Source: Chrysomallon squamiferum (Eukaryota > Animalia > Mollusca). From it: a DNA stretch of 64,000 nucleotides. Position numbers and translations under genes: made by a program. Every line of letters starts with the position of its first letter. The first letter of the stretch is position 1. A model generated the notes under the pieces. That model was not told where the DNA came from and did no database searches. It was given only the letters and a program-made list of their open reading frames with translations. Shown piece after piece: positions 55,601-61,600 of this stretch. The stretch covers positions 19,654,001 through 19,718,000 of the forward strand of contig CM022679.1 of NCBI GenBank assembly GCA_012295275.1. Reading direction: 5' to 3'.

Positions 55601-58600
55601 ACTTATTTTTGTTTTCAGCTGAAAATCATTGCTTTTGACAGTAAATATCCAAACCGACAGGCTACGTCTGAGGTTATTATTTCAGTTGTGAGAGATTCCA
55701 GTATTCCAATGTTTGTTCCAGACTCTAGCTACACTCCACTTGTTCAGGAATCAAAGCCTCTTGGATTTATAGTTGAAAACATCACAGCAGTACATAATAA
55801 AAAGGTTTGTATCCTATGTAGACTATAAACAAATATTTCCAATTCCAGCTATATTATATGCATTAAAGAAATATACACACTCACACTTATGATGACAGTT
55901 TAAAAAACGTAATAATAATAACAAAAATACTCTTTTATAGTGACGCAAAATGTATTTACAGTTTCAGCAAATGTCCTACAAAGACTGAGTATTTAAACAT
56001 TCTCTCCTATCAGGAAGAGTAAAGATTCATTATAAAATTAATAATACTCAAATATATAAAAATGTCTGACACATAAAAGGTTTAATACAAAATAGTATTT
56101 TTTAATTTTTATTTATTTTTTAAAATTTATTTATTTATTTGTTTCAGTAGTTAAAACAAATTCATGTTGCTCAGAAATATCTTTACAAAACCTTCCTATC
56201 TTTTTTCATCTTCTTTCTTTTTTATCTTCATGATTAGAAATAGACAAAGAACTGTAAGTAAGTTTCAGTATGTGTGTCATTTCAGGTGACTTATTCTCTG
56301 GTGCAGTCTTCATCTGAAGTGAGGAGATTGTTTTACTTGGATCCTGAATCTGGTCTCCTACTCATCAGACAACCACTGACATCAGCAAAATCTGACTTGT
56401 ACAGTGTGAGTATTTTTAATTATTACCTTAGAGCGTCCTTATTAAAAACATTTTGTTCACTTCTGACAAAAATCAACAAAATGTTTTCAGTTTTTTGTTG
56501 GTTTTATTATTTTCATTTCTGTTTGTTAGTATTCAACAAAGTATTTTTGTAAATACACATTATTTGGTGCAGTATTAAAAAGTATTCTGAGATGTATGTT
56601 GATTTCACTGTTTTGATTTCAGATGGTGGTCATGGCTAAAGACAAATATGAAATCTCTGCCAATGCCACGGTGGCAGTGCGGCTGTCTCGGGAGCCAGGA
56701 GACATGACGCCAGTGTTTGACAATAAATCTTATGATGTGAATATTGTCGTCACACATGAAGTGAACACTCCATTTATGACAGTCTCTGCTCACGACCCTG
56801 ATCTGAAGGTTTTTCTTGTAGTTTTCATCAACTGCTTGAATATTATTATATTAATAAAAAAATTAATCTCATATGTATCAGTACATAACAGTGTTGCTGC
56901 AGAGAAAAAAGTCTGCTTTATCATTTCTTCTTTTTCATATTATCACTGTTATTAATTATTATTATTATTATTATTATTATACAGAAAACATGTCTGTGTT
57001 AAATAAAGTATTTATTTTTTTATCACTAATTATTTAAATATTTTAATTTAAAATGTTCTAATCTTGTATTGACTTTGTAGCAAAAACTTAAATAAATAAT
57101 AGTGATAGTGAAGAAACTGACTATAAAACTACTGTTCTTTGAAAAGGGAAGGATTGAGTACAGGATAGACGGAGTGTACCCAGCCTCAGATTCCTTCAAG
57201 GTTGAAAAGACAACTGGAAGTATTATACTGACAAAAAGTCTGCTTGAAAATGAACCCCAGAGATCTCAGTACACTGTATGTGACTTATTAGTGATTTGCA
57301 ATTATATTAATTTGCTCTATCTTGAAAAGAACTATTACATGAATAATTACTGTGATTTCTGTAAAATAAAGCTGCATATATTTTATTGTTTTAATAACAC
57401 TTTATTCCAAAAGAAAACAAAATATAAAAGTAAAGTCCTAACTCTGTTCCTGTAAATTCTGAACAAAATGGCTATTACATCAATTATAAATTTGTTCTTC
57501 ATTATGTTATTAAAGTATTTTTTTACATAAATAACTAAATATTGGTGAAGATATTCTATTAATAAAAATATATTCTTATTCTAAAAAACACATAACTGAG
57601 CTTTTATTTAATTTTTTAAAACAGTGTTGTTGTTTTTTTCAGTTAAATATCTTGGCATATGACACTGCCAGACCAGATGTGGTTGGTCGGACTAATGTTA
57701 ATGTGCTTGTTAATTTGAATCCTCATGCTCCCGAGTTTGAGGAAAAAACTACTTACTTTAAAACCATCTTTGAAACCCAGGCAGTTAGCAGTATTGTTCT
57801 GCAACTCAATGCTACAGATGCAGATGGGGTAAGTGTTCTTACAGACTTTCTGAAGAGATATGAGTTTACTGTATAATTTTTACTACTTCTTTTATTAAAT
57901 TAAAAAGATAGGTACTTAATAAATAACCTTCAGGGTTTTATTGAAACAGTTTTAAATTTCAGTCATTCCTATTTTTCAAAAACTGTAATTCAAATAGTTC
58001 CATTTTAGAGGGGTTTTCTTAATTATTAATAAAGCATAGTTTGTGTGTGTGTGTGTGTGTTAGTAAATTAAAACTGAAAAAATACTCTAATAGTTGTGTT
58101 GTTATTTCAGGATGACTTGCAGTTCTATATAAAGAGTGATGCAGGAGGAAGACAGGCTATGAAGTATTTTTTTCTCAGTGGCGTCACTGGAATCCTGTAT
58201 GTCCACAACAACCTACAGCAGTCTGCTCCACTCTCAGCATTCAAGGTTTGTTCCTGCAATTTTTCTAATAAGTATCATTTCATTTTATTTCTAAGGTTAT
58301 AATCTGTAAGAGATTGTGAAAAGAAGATGGTCTATGAAAACTGATGTTACAAGTAATCTGTTAATTATTTTAAACATTAGCACAAACACCATAAATATAA
58401 TTTTTAAGAACCTTAGGTATATCTTTAAAAATAATATAAGCTTTCTCTCAGAGAAACCTAATGTTAATATTAATTTCAAATTATAATTACTGTGTATAGT
58501 TCACATCTGAAATGAACAAGATTAGCTAATAGTTAGTTGAGTTATGTCTGGTTAATATCAGATATGATGGGGATCCACTATCAACTATATCAGATTTAAA

Positions 58601-61600
58601 AAATTACAGTTGAAATGATGAAGATCCACTATAAACTAGTTTAGTTGTGTGTAGTTCATAGCTGGGTTGAGTAAGATACACGTAAACTAGTTGGGTTAGG
58701 TGTAGTTCACAGCTGAAATGATGAAGATGCACTGGAAACTAGTTGAGTTAGGTGTAGTTCTCAGGTAAGGTGATAAAGATCCACTGTAAACTAGTTAAGT
58801 TAGGTATAGCTTATAGCTGAAATGAGGGAGATTAATTCAGAATTAATTAACTTTCTGAACAGTTCACAGTTGAAGTGAAAGATAATGGCACACCTCCACT
58901 AAGCAGTGTGACAGAGGTTGTGGTGTCTGTACAGCGAGACCAAGGCCCTCCCCATTTCCCTCAGCAGCTCTACACAGCAAGCGTCCCAGAAAACACCAGA
59001 GTGGACAGCATCACTCCCTTCATTTCTGTCCATGCCATCGACGGAGACCTGCAGGTGAGGCCTCTCAGTTAACCACTGTTACTTACTGGGTGCAGATTTA
59101 GATGTCAGTATCTGTTTTTAAACTTATATATTTTATCATTAAACACTGCTTTACACACTGATGGAGATTATGTAAGATTCTGAGAGCCAAGGTTTAAGTC
59201 AATTTTAAAAAGTCTGTTTAATAAAACAAACATTTTATTTTTATTTGCACATCATTAGTGAAAATAAAAAATTAAGAGATGCTTATCAATCACTGCTTTT
59301 TTCAGAATAATATAATATTTCCAAAAATAAAATAAAACTTGTACATATTTTCTTAATGAGATTCTGTGTTGTCTAATTAATTATGATAATAGTAATTTTT
59401 CCCAAAATGCTAAATTATCTAAGGGTTCTGGTTATTTCAATTTTAGTGAAGCCCACTTTAAGTTTAGTGAAATATAATTAAAATAATATTTTTAAAACTG
59501 TTTTACAGGGTAGTCTCAAGTACAAAATAACTGGAGATGGAAAGGCTCTTGCTTTCTTCAGAATTGATGAGAATACAGGAGACATCTTTGTCAAAAATTC
59601 CTTGACACTGACAGCAGATTCAAAGATTGAGGTAAAATATTGCAGTTTTATTAAATTATTATTATGGTCTCAAAGTAAATATTTTAAGATATCTATTATG
59701 CAATTCTTTTCTTAACTTAAAGAGATTATATTTTAAAATTATTATCTAATAAAAACACATATAATAAATATTATTTTTATTATTGTCTTTAGACGTTCAG
59801 TAAATAAAACTTCATTTTTGATAATATAAAATATTATTATTCTGTTTTATTTTCAGATTGAAGTGGCAGCCTTTGATGATGTATATCCAGATGTACTTAG
59901 TCAAGTATTAGTGCAAGTTAATATAATACACAATCCAAACACACCTACATTTGTCAGAGAGTCCTACACAGCCAGTGTCTATGAGTTTGCCTCTCCTGGA
60001 ACTAAAGTCATCACAGTACGAGCTAAAGATGATGATGGGGTTAGTGATATTTTCTTTTTCTCTGCAGACAATTTAAAACAAATACACTCTGCTAAATAAA
60101 GTATAATTAGAAATTATTTCATATTTATTTTGTGCTTTAAATATTTATTTTTTTATTATTTATTTTTGGAATAAATATTAAATAAAAAAATTTAATGGTG
60201 CAGAAAATTTAATAAACTTTATGACTTCTTAAGATGAAGTAGATGGAAAATATGTTATTTTTTTATTTTATGTAAATGTACTTATAATATGAACATATTG
60301 GAAAAGAAAATGGGGTACACATGGTAACTTGTTTAGACTCATTATATTCTAAACTTATTACAGATTTATATTCCATTAATACTAATAAATGTTTTGTTTG
60401 AGCAGGATGAAATGTGGTACAGGATTCTCTCAAGCACAGAAGTGACAAAGTATTTTTTCATAGATGACACGTCAGGAATAATTTACACTAAGCTGTCACT
60501 GCACCACAGCATAGAGGACCACTACACAGTACGATTTCATTCACCTAACTGATTTCACATCCTTTTATAAAACTGCATTCTTTATATAATTCCAGAATTA
60601 AAAAATACTTTTTCTAAGTTTATTACCTTTCCCAGGAAAATGTGCTTAAGTATTAAAACAAGAAAAGAAGATTGTTTTCTTAAAAACTGAATTATTGTTT
60701 GTTCGTATGCTCTTATTTTTCTTAATATTTATTTTCAATAAAAAAAATAAAACAAAAATTGCATATTTAATTCCTTAAGTTCAGTGTTGGTTTAGATCAC
60801 AACTTTTCTGTTTAAATTATGACACAATGGTTATGTTTGTAAATAATTGCACTTATAACTTGTGAAAATATGATCTGGTTAGTGATTTTGCATTGTTGTA
60901 ATTATTTACCTTTATAAACATATTAAAGTTATTTTACTTATAAGAGCTTTTTAATATGCATCTTTGTTAAAAAACATTAAATGTACTAAGTTTGTTACCA
61001 GATTCGGCTTGAAGCTTCTGACAGAAGGAAACCTCCAAAGTCAGGTTTAGCTGTTCTGCACATCTCAGTGACCAGGGACAAGCCTCCAGTGTTTGTTGCC
61101 ACACCATACTTAGTTACAGTTCATGAAAAAGATCAGATTCACAAGTCAGTTTTCACTGTACAAGCATCCGATGAAGACCTGAAGGTAAGTCATGTCACTG
61201 TGAAAAGTCAACAAATGCTGCTACTCTTTGTAAAAGTTAAAATTTATACTGTTTAAAAATTAATTTATCAATCACTGATTTTATCAAAAGTAAAGAATAA
61301 GAAATCTTCTGTTTTGTGATCAGGGGTCACTACAGTATGAAGTTGTAGGTGACACTCCAGCTCCAAGTTTCTTCACAGTAAACTCATCATCTGGTGTTGT
61401 GTCCGTGAGAGTGGATCTAGTGAACTGCAGGAGTAGGACATACACAGTAAGTAACTTTATGTCTTCAGTACATCAGCTTCTGGCATCAGGTTCAAGACAA
61501 ATATACTTGAAACATTTAATTTTACATGGTAATAATAGTAAATGATTTATATAATCATACACCACCTTTGGTTTAAAGGCAAATCTTTGTTATAATAAAA

